From Eledone cirrhosa (Eukaryota), in NCBI GenBank assembly GCA_964016885.1, contig OZ024740.1, positions 229,028,001 to 229,092,000 of the forward strand: a DNA stretch of 64,000 nt. Reading direction: 5' to 3'. A program made the position numbers and the translations under genes. Below the pieces are notes generated by a model. It saw only the letters and a program-made list of their open reading frames with translations, did not search any database and was not told the DNA's origin. Of the stretch, positions 1-12,944 are shown piece after piece; the first letter of the stretch is position 1; each line of letters starts with the position of its first letter.

Positions 1-2
1 TA

Positions 3-480
3 TAGAAATATGATATGTTTATAAAGAAACATTTAGAAAGCCATAGCTATGAATAACACACTGGCAGCTAACGCCATCAGGCGGTGCCTGACAGAGGCAA
101 GGGGGACAATCCTCGATGCATTTCGAACTCAACTGGTTCTCGCCAGGACGATCTCTCCTGTTCATGCAGCTGCCGGACTTTGAAAACAGGCGAGAAAATA
201 TAGTTTTTTCGTCTGTGTAAATGAGGTGATTAATCTCATTTGCATATGAAGCTGTATAAGTTGGCTCAACTTATAATAGAATAGAATTAGAATTTAGCTT
301 CGAACATAGCCGTATACAAATATGTATTTTAATTTCGTATTAATATCTAAAGAAATACGGTATGTTTATAAATAAACATTTAGAAAGCCATAGCTTTGAA
401 TGACACACTGGCAGCTAACGCCCGCAGGTGGTGCCCGGCAGAGGCAAGGGGGACAATAGTTGATGCATTTCGAACTCAAT
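3..480. repeat. Diverged direct repeat (~130 bp, period ~348)
   Basis: AGAAAGCCATAGCT..CTGGCAGCTAACG..GAGGCAAGGGGGACAAT..TTCGAACTCAA occurs twice. Confidence 0.7.
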
Positions 481-1084
481 TTTTTCAGCGTTTTTCATTA
501 GGTTGTTGATGTAGGTATATCGACGTTTTCCTCTCCCTACAACTCCATGAAATGGGTTCCAAAACACATAGACAATGGTAAATAATGGTTAAAAGACTTT
601 TAACACGCATAAAATGTAAAAAATAGTCATTAAAAATGCTTCACAGACTCAGAGAATATCAAACACGCCTTGAATATTTGTGCAGTTCTGAATCTAATTT
701 TGTGCACTAATTTTCCTTTTGTGTCAAATACTAGACACACTTACATGGGTGGGGAAATGATTTAAAGCAATCATAATGTGTAAAAGAACTTTTTTTTTTA
801 TTTTAAAAATGCCATTACAAATGCTTTCCAGACTCAGAAAATATGAAGCACTTGTTATGACATTTGCCTCAAAGATTTGTCCAGTTTTAAAATGTCTTTA
901 AAATAGACCTTGCTAACCGCTAAGTCGGACATCTTCATTAATTTTACTTATTTTTTTTAAATTTAAATTCTGATATTTAAGTGGGCATACATTTTATTTT
1001 ACAAAGTTGTTTATACAAAAAAACAAAACTCACTGTTAAAGGAAACAAAAAAGAAAGGAAAAAAAAAGGAAATGAATAGAAGAA

Positions 1085-1770
1085 ATCAAAGGCCTTGCAT
1101 CCGTGATCCATGCCGTCTTTTGGTTCCAAATCACTTTGTACCATCTTGCCTAACTCGAAACTCGCGGTGTCTTCATCCAGATGCTGTTGTGGTTCAATGA
1201 ATAAGGAAGTCTTTCTCCAGTCGTAGTATTTGTCCTCGAACTGCCAGACTTTGGAATTCTCTTCTATCTCATTGTTTTCCTCCCTTTCCTCTAAATATTG
1301 AGTTACGTTATTTTACAAAACTGTTTATACAAAAAACAACACACTATTAAAGGGAACAAGGGCGATTGATTGGCAGTATCGGTAGAGTCGGACACCATGC
1401 TTTGCGGCATAGAGTTACGGTCCTTTACGGTTTGAGTTCAAATATCGCCGAGGTTAACTTTGCTTTTCATCCTTACAGGGTCGATAAGATAAAGCACCAG
1501 TAACGTACTGGGGTCGATTTAATCGACTTTGCCCTCCCCACAAATTACTGGTCTTGTGCCTATACTAGAAATCACTATTAAAGGGAAGAAAAAAAAAAAG
1601 GAAATAAAAAAAGAATCAAGCAATGAAAGAAAGGGAGAAGGAAAGGGAGAGACACTATACCTCAGTCTGAGCGGTGCCTCATCTGGGACTCGTGGCCAAA
1701 ATGACAAAGGCGTTACTACAAAGACTGGCCAGAGACACCCGCTGCAACAGCCACCCCACCTCGCGAGGCT
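1085..1770. repeat. ~690-bp segment duplicated in inverted orientation at ~35198-35889
   Basis: Unique flanks and the same SINE/TSD are shared by both copies. Confidence 0.85.
1360..1572 (+). mobile_element. tRNA-derived SINE family 1 with 15-bp TSD
   Basis: A box TGGCAGTATCGG, B box GAGTTCAAAT and a central GCTTTTCATCC..GGGTCGATAA..AAAGCACCAG domain (Meta-SINE-like). TSD CACTATTAAAGGGAA at 1342 and 1573. Confidence 0.8.
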
Positions 1771-2091
1771 CTCGCATAAAAATAACAAAAAAAAAGCAAA
1801 AAAACAATAGACAAGAAAACGCTATATATTTTTTATTGTTATCTGGAACGCGAATTAACAGATGAGTCATATTAATGTTTTTTTTATTAATTTATTAATT
1901 AACATCCTACTACTAGCTGTATTTTCTTCCTGGTTAGTATAATTACCTTTAATTTATTTTTATCTCTGTTCATTTCTTTGTTTGTTTATATATATGTATA
2001 TATATATGTGTGTATATATATAGAAAATCCGGTTTCAATAAGAAGTCATTTAAGTAATGAGTATAATGCGATATATATATTAATATATTAT

Positions 2092-2270
2092 TTGGCAGTA
2101 TCGGTGGAGGGTCGGACGCCATGCTTTCCAGCATAGTTACGTCCCTTTACGATCTGAGTTCAAATCCCGCCGAGGTTGACTTTGCCTTTTATCCTTACGG
2201 GGTCGATAAAATAAAGTACCAGTAATGCACTGGATAATTGCTGTCCTTGTGCCTAAAGTAGAAACAATTA
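2092..2270 (+). mobile_element. SINE family 1
   Basis: Same consensus. Confidence 0.8.
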
Positions 2271-2541
2271 TTTTACTGATTTCAGTAAAAGAATATATTA
2301 TTTTTAGATAGCGGCCATGTTGGGGCACGACATTAAGTTGATGTCAGCTCTTATATTTTATTATCCGAATCTAGTACTTATCTTATCAGTTTCTTTATGC
2401 CGAACGGCTTGTTTTCGGAACATAAACACAGGCACACACATAAGCATACTCACACACACACTCATACACACAAACATACACACGGGCGCACAAAAATAAA
2501 TACAAGTGTGTATGCATATATGTCTCTCTCTCTCTCTCTAG

Positions 2542-2626
<85 letters not shown>

Positions 2627-2628
<2 letters not shown>

Positions 2629-2850
2629 AACGAGTAGGACCCCGACGGCTGAGCTCAAGCCGTTTCGACGGCTAATTCTGGACTAAGAATTAGCCGTCGA
2701 AATTAGTCCAGAATCAGTCCAGAATTAGTCCAGAATTAGCCGTCGAAACGACTTGAGCTCAGCCGTCGGGGTCTTACTCGTTCCTATTACCCACTCTACT
2801 ACCCTAAGTATTGAGTACTTTGGTGCGTTCCTTACCACATTTCCTTCGTT
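2627..2850 (+). mobile_element. Fold-back element family A (3' half of an HHR), copy 1
   Basis: Hairpin GGAACGAGTAGGACCCCGACGG...CCGTCGGGGTCTTACTCGTTCC plus tail, in (TA)n, with internal AGTCCAGAAT repeats. Confidence 0.75.
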
Positions 2851-4368
2851 ATATATATATATACACACACACACATACACACACACATATATATATATGT
2901 GTATGTATACATATATATATATTTACACACACACATGTATATATATGTGTGTGTGTATGTGTATATGTGTGTGAATTTGTGTGTCTGTGTCTGTGCCTGT
3001 GTCCGTCTAAATACCGGAGATGAGTTCTTTAGCAAATTTGTCTGAACGTTGGAAAAAATACCTTGCTGTGTTTCAAATCTTACCGAGGTTAATTCCGGGG
3101 TCGATAAAATAAAACAACAGTCTGGCTCAGGGGTAGACTTAACTGATTTCCGCCCCAACTAAAATACTCATCGTCAAAACCGACGGGGATCCATTCTAGC
3201 GCACCCTATATTGATTGGAAATCAAGCCGACCGTAACATAGTGTAGATCAATGTTCCCAAAAGAGTGTTCTGAGGCCTGGTGCTGTAAGAGATGAGTTGT
3301 TTTTTTTTAAATAAAATTTAATAAAAGTTCAGTAATGTAGTGCAGTAGTAATTACTACTGTCGGTCACACTAAAGACAAAGGTTGGAATCTCCGCTGACG
3401 TGGTTCCCATCTTTTATAGGCGTAGATATGGGTATAAGGCTTAAGGTGTTTGTTTCGCAGCCAGGTGTTTCTGATTTATTTTCTGCTTCTTTTTTTTAGT
3501 TCAGTACCTCTGCCGACCCCGCCACCCACCACTCTTTAATGTAGGGGGTTTTTAAGTTATCGATCAGCCTACTAGAAATAGCAACCAATTCCCCCTCAAC
3601 TCACACCTTCGAAATAGTACATTGAACAATATTGTGAGTGATATATTGATTTTGTTCAGTTCCAATGTATTGTGCACGAAATTTGGGAGACGGCAGTACA
3701 TGTGGTCCGCAGAAGTGCAGGAGATCAACACGAGCACTCCATCGGTTACGAGTGTGATCAACATGAAATTAACGTGCAAGTGGCTGAACATTCCCCGGAC
3801 ACGTGTGTCCTTAACGTAGTTCTCAGGGAAATTCAGCATGACAAAGAATGTGACAAGGCTGGCTCTTTGGAATTACATGTACAACTCAATTTTGCAAGGT
3901 GAATGGTCTGAATGAACTGGAACAACGTGAAATAAAATGTCTTGTTGAAGGAATCGAACTCACGACCTTACAACAGTGAGCCGAATACCCTAACCACTAA
4001 GCCACGTTCCTTCACTCAGGAGAATTGTGTGTTTGTTGAGTAGACAAACCTTTCGCAAAACCTAGTGTCCGCGGGAGACTTCATTTCAATACAAAAGGGG
4101 TTCCTGGTAGTGAATATGTTGGAAGCTTCTGTACCACACAGTTGCCATTCTCGCCTGACGTCTAGTAAAGACAACTGAAACAATAATGTTTTGTTCGACT
4201 TCTTTTGGTGAGTTATTGACGTCAGACTGCGGCCATGCTGGGGCACTATCTTAAAAGGATTTAATCGATCATATCGACTCAGTACATAGTTTATCGATTC
4301 CTATTGTCAAAGCACAGTATTACGCAACATTGAGTCAGACGAAAACATAAACACACACAAACACACAT

Positions 4369-4440
<72 letters not shown>

Positions 4441-4448
4441 GAATTCTA

Positions 4449-4663
4449 CGAGGGTCGGCTAAACGGTTCATAGGCTGAAAAGTTCATAGACTGACCAAGA
4501 TACTCTCATGGAATGATTAAACGAGGTTTATTTTTGAACATAGTCCCTTGGAAAGAAACAATGCAGTTATCAATAAGAAGAGTTAAAATTAATGCAAGCA
4601 GGATTTCGCAGCTTTAGCATCACTCATTCATAGTCAGCCTATGAACTATTCAGCCTACCTTCG
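4449..4663. mobile_element. Tc1/mariner-type MITE (partial inverted copy at ~9702-9850)
   Basis: Imperfect TIRs CGAGGGTCGGCT..GTTCATAGGCTGA / TCAGCCTATGAAC..AGCCTACCTTCG; TA on both sides. Confidence 0.7.
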
Positions 4664-4677
4664 TATATATGTATATG

Positions 4678-4779
<102 letters not shown>

Positions 4780-4984
4780 CAGATTAAAGTTTAAGCAAGA
4801 TCCCGTTAAGGGTGAAAGCAGCGATTCTTTGCTTAAATTTTAATCAGGTAGTCTAATAAATATTTGCTCTATGGTTTTTATATATTTGATATATATATTA
4901 TCCTTATCAAGCCCTCTTCGGATTTTAGTCTTTACGTTTATTATTGTTGCTATAATATAAATATATATATATATATATATATAT

Positions 4985-6036
4985 TAAAATAACAGATTAA
5001 AGTTTAAGCAAAGAATCGCTGCTTTCACCCTTAACGGGATCTTTTGAAACTAAAAAAGTCAATCTGTGAACGCAGAAGTAAATAATTCAAAAAACGTTGC
5101 AACCGAAGGAAGGCAGGAAGACGATACTTTGGTTCGTGGAAACGTTCCCTTCACAAAACATACAAGTGATATATACTTACCTATACGAATAAGTAATGGT
5201 ATTAACATAACATATACTTAGCTACCACATCAAGACGTAAAATATCCGCGTATAGTTCGTACTATCCGTTAGGGTATAACGTGGGGCTGTAATAGAGGAA
5301 AGTTTTGTGCAATTTATGTTTACAAGCCGAAATTGCCTCAGAATTTTTGTTTAAGATGTGGTCTTTGGCGTAGAGTATTTCCAGCGCCTCAGCGGCGCAG
5401 AAGTCACATGGTGTTTTATTTCCATTATACGATCTAGCCTTAGCTAGGACCTCCCAGTGTAACATATATTGGGTGTGGTTGTCTTTTAGACTCCAGATAT
5501 AAGCTGAAAGTGACGTCATATTCCTTCTTAAAGAGTTAAGAAAAGAATGGGGATGCATATAAAGACGCTGCTTGAATCTATTGGCAGTTAACCATATGTA
5601 GGCCCTACGGGACGTGGGTGTTTCAACCTTACATTTGTAGACAATGTTACTAGAGAGACATTTCCCGGATAGGGGGCAGTCAATCCGATTCCTACAATTA
5701 CAGTTAGTACTAACTACAGGATTGCACGTGTTCCTACGGATACGTAATTTAGCTAAATTTGAAGCTGTAATGTTATGTGCAAATATAACGGAAATAAAAG
5801 ACCATGTGACCTCTGCAACGCTGAGGCCCTGGAAATACTCTACGCCAAAGACCACATCTTAAACAATAAATCTGAGGCAATTTCGGCTTGTAAACATAAA
5901 TTGCACAAAACTTTCCTCTATTACAGCCCCACGTTATACCCTAACGGAGAGTACGAACTATACGCGGATATTTTACGTCTTCATGTGGTAGCTAAGTATA
6001 TGTTATGTTTATACCATTACTTATTCGTATAGGTAA

Positions 6037-6040
<4 letters not shown>
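4985..6040 (-). mobile_element. Penelope-like element 3' fragment (GIY-YIG endonuclease) with inverted duplication
   Basis: Minus ORF 5262-5750 reads CNC..CPLSGKCLSSNIVYKC..AYI.LT..FKQR..H..SF..SLSAYIWSLK..CDFC..E..LNKNSE..CKH, a PLE GIY-YIG domain. 5783-6040 is an inverted copy of ~5170-5432. Flanked by (TA)n. Confidence 0.85.
5001..5051 (-). ncRNA. Degenerate hammerhead ribozyme in Penelope 3' region
   Basis: AGTTT-CAAAAGA(core mutated from CTGAAGA)-TCCC GTTAA GGGT-GAAA-GCA..TGC-TT-AAACT. A partial plus-strand copy lies at ~4798-4845. Confidence 0.5.
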
Positions 6041-6106
<66 letters not shown>

Positions 6107-6143
6107 TATATTATATATAATATATATATATATTATATATATA

Positions 6144-6192
<49 letters not shown>

Positions 6193-6240
6193 TTAGGTGT
6201 GTAAATACTCTTCCACACACATTCTCTCTCTCTATCTCTC

Positions 6241-6279
<39 letters not shown>

Positions 6280-6322
6280 CAAAATGTTAATAAATGAAAA
6301 ATATTCTCATAATCAAAATAAA

Positions 6323-6385
6323 TATTTTATTATACATATTTCAAAGGTACAATGGTGTTTAAGTACGTTTTCATCAGACAAAATA
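6323..6385 (-). ncRNA. Type I hammerhead ribozyme with minimal stem III
   Basis: Minus strand: TATTTTGT-CTGATGA-(AAACGTAC...GTACCTTT)-GAAA-TATGTA-TA-ATAAAATA. Stem I and core match the 23665 HHR, but stem II has a different sequence. Confidence 0.7.
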
Positions 6386-6503
6386 TAAGATTTGATAGTT
6401 GACATATCGCTACATACATATTTACATATTTATATATTTACATATATAATATAATATAATATCATCATCATTATCACTGATTAACGTCTATTTTCTACGC
6501 TAG

Positions 6504-6527
<24 letters not shown>

Positions 6528-6534
<7 letters not shown>

Positions 6535-6808
6535 TTAGAAATTATAAGCTTTCACCGTATTTTAGACTAAAGAAATTTCTAGCCTGATAGTGGGGTTTAT
6601 AACCCTCGGAGAAATGGAAAAAGATGAGTGTTGCCATGTACGGCAACACTCATCTTTTTCCATTTCTCAGAGGGTTATAAACCCCACTATCAGGCTAGAA
6701 ATTTCTTTAGTCTAAAATACGGTGAAAGCTTATAATTTCTAATTTCTAATTTCAAACTCGCGCACCGTTTAAAAACATACTTACATGTTTACATTTATAA
6801 TTTGCTTG

Positions 6809-6812
<4 letters not shown>
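6528..6812 (+). mobile_element. Fold-back relative of the 24844 element
   Basis: ~108-bp inverted arms centred at ~6638 (GCCATGTACGGC), homologous to 24880-25000, with a tail; (TA)n flanks. Confidence 0.7.
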
Positions 6813-6858
<46 letters not shown>

Positions 6859-6860
<2 letters not shown>

Positions 6861-7066
6861 CGAAGGAAATGTGGTAAGGAACCAAATGGACCATAACGCA
6901 CCAAAGTACTCAATACTTAGGGTAGTAGAGTGGGTAATAGGAACGAGTAGGATCCCGACGGCTGAGCTCAAGCCGTTTCGACGGCTAATTCTGGACTAAA
7001 ATGATTTTAGTCCAAAATTAGCCGTCGAAACGGCTTGAGCTCAGCCGTCGGGGTCCTACTCGTTCC
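6859..7066 (-). mobile_element. Fold-back element family A, copy 2
   Basis: Same sequence as 2627-2850 in the opposite orientation, in (TA)n. Confidence 0.75.
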
Positions 7067-7119
<53 letters not shown>

Positions 7120-7613
7120 CCCAAACTGCGATTCTGTGTTTTTCTCTCTCTCTCTTACTGCTCCCCCATTCTCTCTGTTTCTGCTACCTTCTTTCACCCC
7201 CTCTGTCATGTCAGTTAACTCTTCCTCACACTTTCACTCACTCACTGTTTCTTCTCTCTTCATTTCATCCTGTACATCACGAGGGCTATTTTTCTCTCTT
7301 CTCACATAGCCATCGTTCGTGTAAGGTCTTTTTTCTAAAGCGCTCATATATTCACCTAGCTTATGCTAAACAGAATAATTATGAAGCTTGTTTCATTCCC
7401 CTACGGTTAGCCATACTCTTTGTCGTTCTCCTGTCTCACTCGCTTTACGCGTTTTAATTGTCCTAATAACTTATTTTAGTTATTATTGCACCGACGTGAG
7501 GTATATGATTTTTAATGCAATGAAATATCTAAGATCTTCGGCAAATCACTGATGAGGGACTCATTGTATTACATGTTATCCATGTGCTACCTGCAGTATT
7601 TTTCTCTATATTT

Positions 7614-7678
<65 letters not shown>

Positions 7679-8071
7679 AAGATAAAAAAGAATTCTTTCA
7701 AATCATTTACATATACATATGTTTCAATATATTATATTTAATAAATGCAAATGCTATGCTCAATTCAGTAGAGGATGTCAAAACATTATTAAACACTGTA
7801 TATCATCAGAAAGAAAAGAAGATTATACGTTGACCTGGAAAGAGGCATCCCTAAAAAAACTGATGTATCATTTGTAGACTATATTATTTTAATACATTCA
7901 TACTTACATATTTTGTAATACATACATACATAAATACATACATACATCCATCCATACATCCATCCATCCATCCAACCATCCATCCATCCATCCATCCATC
8001 CATACATACATACATACATACATACATACATAATACATACATACATGCATACATACATACATACATACATT

Positions 8072-8260
8072 GTGAAGGCGCATGGCTTAGTGGTTAGAGC
8101 ATTGGGCTTGCAATCGAAAGGTTGCGAGTTCAATTCTCGGACCGGGCGATTTGTTGTTTCCCCGAGCGAGGCACGTTATTTCACGTTGCTCCAGTTTACT
8201 CAGCTGTAGAAATGAGATGATAGGGACTGGGGTCCTTATCATTAAATCACCCAAGACACC
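8072..8260 (+). mobile_element. tRNA-derived SINE family 2 (CORE-like); relatives at ~3790-4015 (-) and ~12225-12432 (-)
   Basis: A box TGGCTTAGTGGTTAG, B box GAGTTCAATTC, and a TTATTTCACGTTGCTCCAGT..ACTCAGCTG domain. Confidence 0.7.
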
Positions 8261-8314
8261 TCCAACGAGATATACCTTGGGGGAGGCCAGCTAAACCTGC
8301 ATAGGTGTGAGCTG

Positions 8315-8393
<79 letters not shown>

Positions 8394-9235
8394 CATAGTA
8401 TGTTTTGGGAGTTTCCGTCTACCGAATTTCAATGGTCAACATTAGTTAACTGGAGGCCATTGTAGAAGACACTTGACCCTGTCTGTTTTGTCATGTCTAT
8501 AAATAATATTTAGAAAAACTAAGGAAATAAACTTATGATAACAACAGTAATGGCGCGGACATTATCAACATCAACAACAACAATAATGATAACGACATCA
8601 ATAACAACAATTAGAACAACAACAATGACGACGACGACAACTTCATCATCAACAACATAATGACATCAATAATAACAACGATGACAACAGCAACATCAAC
8701 AACAACAACAACAAGAAAGACAATATATAAGAAGTCCGGTTGCGTCATTTCAGTCATTGGTCTGATTCAATCCTTTATCTTTGTAGTAGTAGTAGTAGTA
8801 GTAGTAGTAGGAGTGGCTTGGTGGTAGTAGTGGCTTGGTGGAATTGGTAGAAAGTTTGTTTCACAATAATAAGTAGGTTCCGGGTTTAGTTCGATTGCAT
8901 GTCATCTTCAGTATGTGTGATTTACTACAGCCTCGGGTCAACTTATGCCCTGTGAGTGGAAACTGGATGGAAGCCCGTCAGACCGATGGGAACTGCAATT
9001 GAAAGGGTCAACGTTGACACAAATTCTATCACGATGAATTTTACTGAGAATTACGTTAAATGCCTTCACAAAGCTTTGTGATGTGTCTACTCGAGGCTAT
9101 TAAATGACACATAATCAGGATGCTTCAAAGTGGGATCGATCCTGGAACCCGTTGGTTACAAAGCGACCTTCTTAACCATTTGACCAGGCTGAGTTCACAC
9201 TATCAGAAATAAATTTGACCTTTATTGTGTCCATT

Positions 9236-9278
<43 letters not shown>

Positions 9279-10521
9279 TTATTGCCGATTTCTGTGATGT
9301 TCTAAAAGGTGGCAAATTGGCAGAGTCGTTAGGAAGTCGGGTATCATTACAATGGTTTGCGTGTTCGTTCCGGTTCTACTCTCTAAGTTCAAATTTCGCC
9401 AAGGTCAACTTTGCCTTTCATCCTTTCGAGGTCGATAGAAAAAGTACCAGTCTAGTACTGGGGTCGATTCTTCTTCTATATCTCTTTCTCACTTCCATTC
9501 TCTCACTTTCTATACTATGGAAAAAATCTGCTGTATTCATACCTGAATTTATGGGACCATACATACAGGATCTTCTATCGAGGACGACACAGCACATGTT
9601 GGGTGAGGGTGGGTGGGAGGGTTGTAAATATCGGTCAAAATACCTTGCAGTATTTGTTCTCACTTCAAATCCCACTGTAGCCAACTTGTATGTTATACTT
9701 ACGAGGGCTGGCTGTAATGTTCATGGCCTTATTACGAAGGAGTGATGTTAGAGTTGTGAAATCTTGCGTATATTAATTTCAACTCTTCTTATTAATAACA
9801 GCATTGTTCCTTTCTAGGGACTATTTTGAAAACTAAACCTCATTTGGTCAGATTTTACGAGCAAAACCAACTGGGAGAAGACCCAGCTGGTCTCACTTGA
9901 GGATCCAGGTGGATCAGTAGGAAACGGTTGCTTCTGACAGAATCCACTGGAAGGAGTGTTTGAGGACTCTGTCCCCACGACACTCTCAGGAATTAAGTGT
10001 GCAAAGAAGAAGAAGAAGAAGAAGGTCATTCCACGAGACTGTCTTGGTCAGCCTATCTATGACCGTCTCAGCCGACTCTAGTAATCCGTCGTCCAGTTTA
10101 ATACCTCAACCTAGCCCTTAGGAACCTTTAGCAGAATCCACTTTGTTGTGAACATTCTAGCTAGGTCTCTGGTTTGAAGATACTTTCTTCCATCCTCCAT
10201 ATCATTCCCGGAGGCCTTGAAAAACTCTAGGAGCACTGCCCGTCACTCTCAGATGTAGCAACAACAACAACTACAAAAAAAAAATGAAAATCAGCTGAAA
10301 TCCCTCAAATTACATCCTATCATCAAATTACATCCTATCATCTGAAACAGGAAATTCAACTTATCCGAATCAAGATCCCAGACCTCATTTGCTTCCCGGG
10401 TGGCGTTGAACTTGTCAGATCGGACCAATGGAAACAATTGAATTCTAAATATACTATAACTGAATACAGGAAAGGAAAAACGCGGTTTGACATAGGTTAG
10501 CTCTATGTCTTTCCTCTATAC

Positions 10522-10729
10522 CAGTGGTTCTCAACCTTTTTTTTGCCAACAGCACACCTTGGAACACATGAAAAAATAGTGGCACACCTGGCTAAATATA
10601 TATAAAAAATAATATTTTTCATATATATTTATTAACTGTTTCATATATAATATTTTTGTTCTTAGTGTGCCGTTCAAAATTTCGTGGCACACTTAGGAAG
10701 ATCTCGCGGCACACCTGTGTGAATCACTG
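10522..10729. mobile_element. hAT-like MITE
   Basis: Ends CAGTGGTTCTCA / TGTGAATCACTG; no clear TSD. Confidence 0.5.
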
Positions 10730-11670
10730 GACGAGGCTAAACAATAACAACACGAGAATTATTCAACGAGCAATAACCAGGCCTCAAAAAAACCCGTCAG
10801 CTTTTAAAGTATTGATATATCTGCTAGAAATAGCTGACAGAATTTCCCTCAATTGTACTGTTTTAAAAATAAAAGGATGGCAACATTAAATAATGTAGTT
10901 TCTAGGAGAAAAAAACAAAACAAAAAAAAACGTGAAGGTCAGGCATGGAACGCCTTCGATTATATGCCTGCTTTATCAGAGCTACCCTATGGCTAAACAC
11001 CAGACTACACAAATAACAATAACAACAACACATATACTGACCTCTTTTCCCATTATAAGCCGAAAGTATTTATCTCATACGTCAGAAGTATTTAGTTTAT
11101 TGAGGCCGTGTGTGTATGTGTATGTGTGTGTGGCTATATGTATATTTGTGGTTGTATGTGTGTACGGCATTGTGTGTTTGTCGCTGTCTGTGTCACTATG
11201 TATGTATGTGGCTATGTGTGGCTGTATTTGTGAGTGTGTTTCTGTGTGTTTATGTGTGTGTATGTGGCATTATGTGTGTTAGTGGCCGCATACGTAGCTA
11301 TGTGTGTCTGTGTAAGTGTATGTGGCTGTCTCTGTGAGCGTGTGTCAAAGTGTGTGTGTATGCGTGTGTTTGTTTGTGTGTGTGTGTCTGTTCGTCTCTG
11401 TCTGTCTGTGAGCGTGTCAAAGTATATGTGTGTATGTGTGTGTTTGTGTGTGTGTGTCTGTTTGTCTCTGTGTCTGTGAGCGTGTGTCAAAGTATGTGTG
11501 TGTGTGTATGTGTGTGTGTCTGTTTGTCTCTGTGTGTGAGCGTGTCAAAGTATGTGTGTGTATGTGTGTGTGTGTATGTGTGTGTGTGTGTATGTGTGTG
11601 TGTATGTATGTATATGTGTGTGTGTGTGTGTGTGTGTATGTGAGCGTGTGTCATAGTATGTGTGTATATA

Positions 11671-11755
<85 letters not shown>

Positions 11756-12944
11756 GTGTATGTGTGTTTGTCTCTGTGTCTGTGTGCTTGCGCGGCAGCT
11801 ACTATTGTGAAGCGACCACCAACTGTTTGTTGTTGTTTTACAACAGAACTGTGTCAGTGTGGGGAGGATGAAAGAAAGAAGTTTTATTTTTATTTTGCTG
11901 GGGAATTCTCTCTTTTTTTAAAATCCTGTTCACTTTCAATTTAGATATAAATATAATGAATAGAAATGATTATTAAATACTTATTATTTTTATATCCGTG
12001 TTTCTGAAAGTGGGCTTTCTAAAAAAAAACTACATGGTTTCTCGGGAAAAATTCTGATGTCACGAAAGATGGGGTACCTTTTAATAAAACTTTATAAATA
12101 ATTTATTATATAATTTCTTTAAAAATGAATATATTTAATGTCTTGCCAAATTTAAGATGCTGGAGAGTGTCCGTAAAATATAAGTATGGGTTTCCGCAAT
12201 TTAGGGTAAATTGTATAAGACTGAGCATTCAACAGACATGTGTACCTTTTACGTAGTTCTCAGGAAGATTCAGCGTGACACAGTATGTTCAAAGACTGGC
12301 CCTTTGAATTACATGTGTAACTAATTCTTGCCAACTGCATGGACAGGATTAACGTGAAATAAATCTCATTGCTCAAGGTTACCACGTACCACTTGTGACC
12401 CGGCCACACAAACCACTAGATCACGTACCTTCATACAACAATGACAACAACAACAACAACACAAACGAGAAAATAAACGAAACTGAACTAATCGGAATTA
12501 TCCACATTGTGACTGGAACGTTTTAGAAATTCTGATTCGGTTTCAATGTAATCTAAAAGATTATAATAAATTAGCCTTTTCCCTTTACAATACCAATAGT
12601 GACATCTAATCATAAATGAGGAAATAATGGTAATCTCCAGTTAGAAAAATTAGCAATGATTTTAGGGTGAAAATTAGTAATTAGAAAATTAGATTTTAAA
12701 TGAAGAACCAATTTTGGGGGAAGTGGTTTCAGTTTTAGTTTCTGATTAAGAATTTTCACATCAATGTTGGAGAAATAAATATCGATAAGATTAGGTCAAA
12801 GATTGACTTTCATTTTAGGTTCAGGTATAGATTTCTAGAATGTGATAAAACTTTCCAAAGTCACAATGTATCATTTCATGGATAATTCCGATTAGTTTCA
12901 GTTTCGTTTATTTTGATACGAGTATTTAAGTTATTAAGGGATTT

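Noticed and set aside
7550-7610. CTGATGA motif (also at 24162)
   Set aside because: No following GAAA or stem III, so an HHR cannot be supported.
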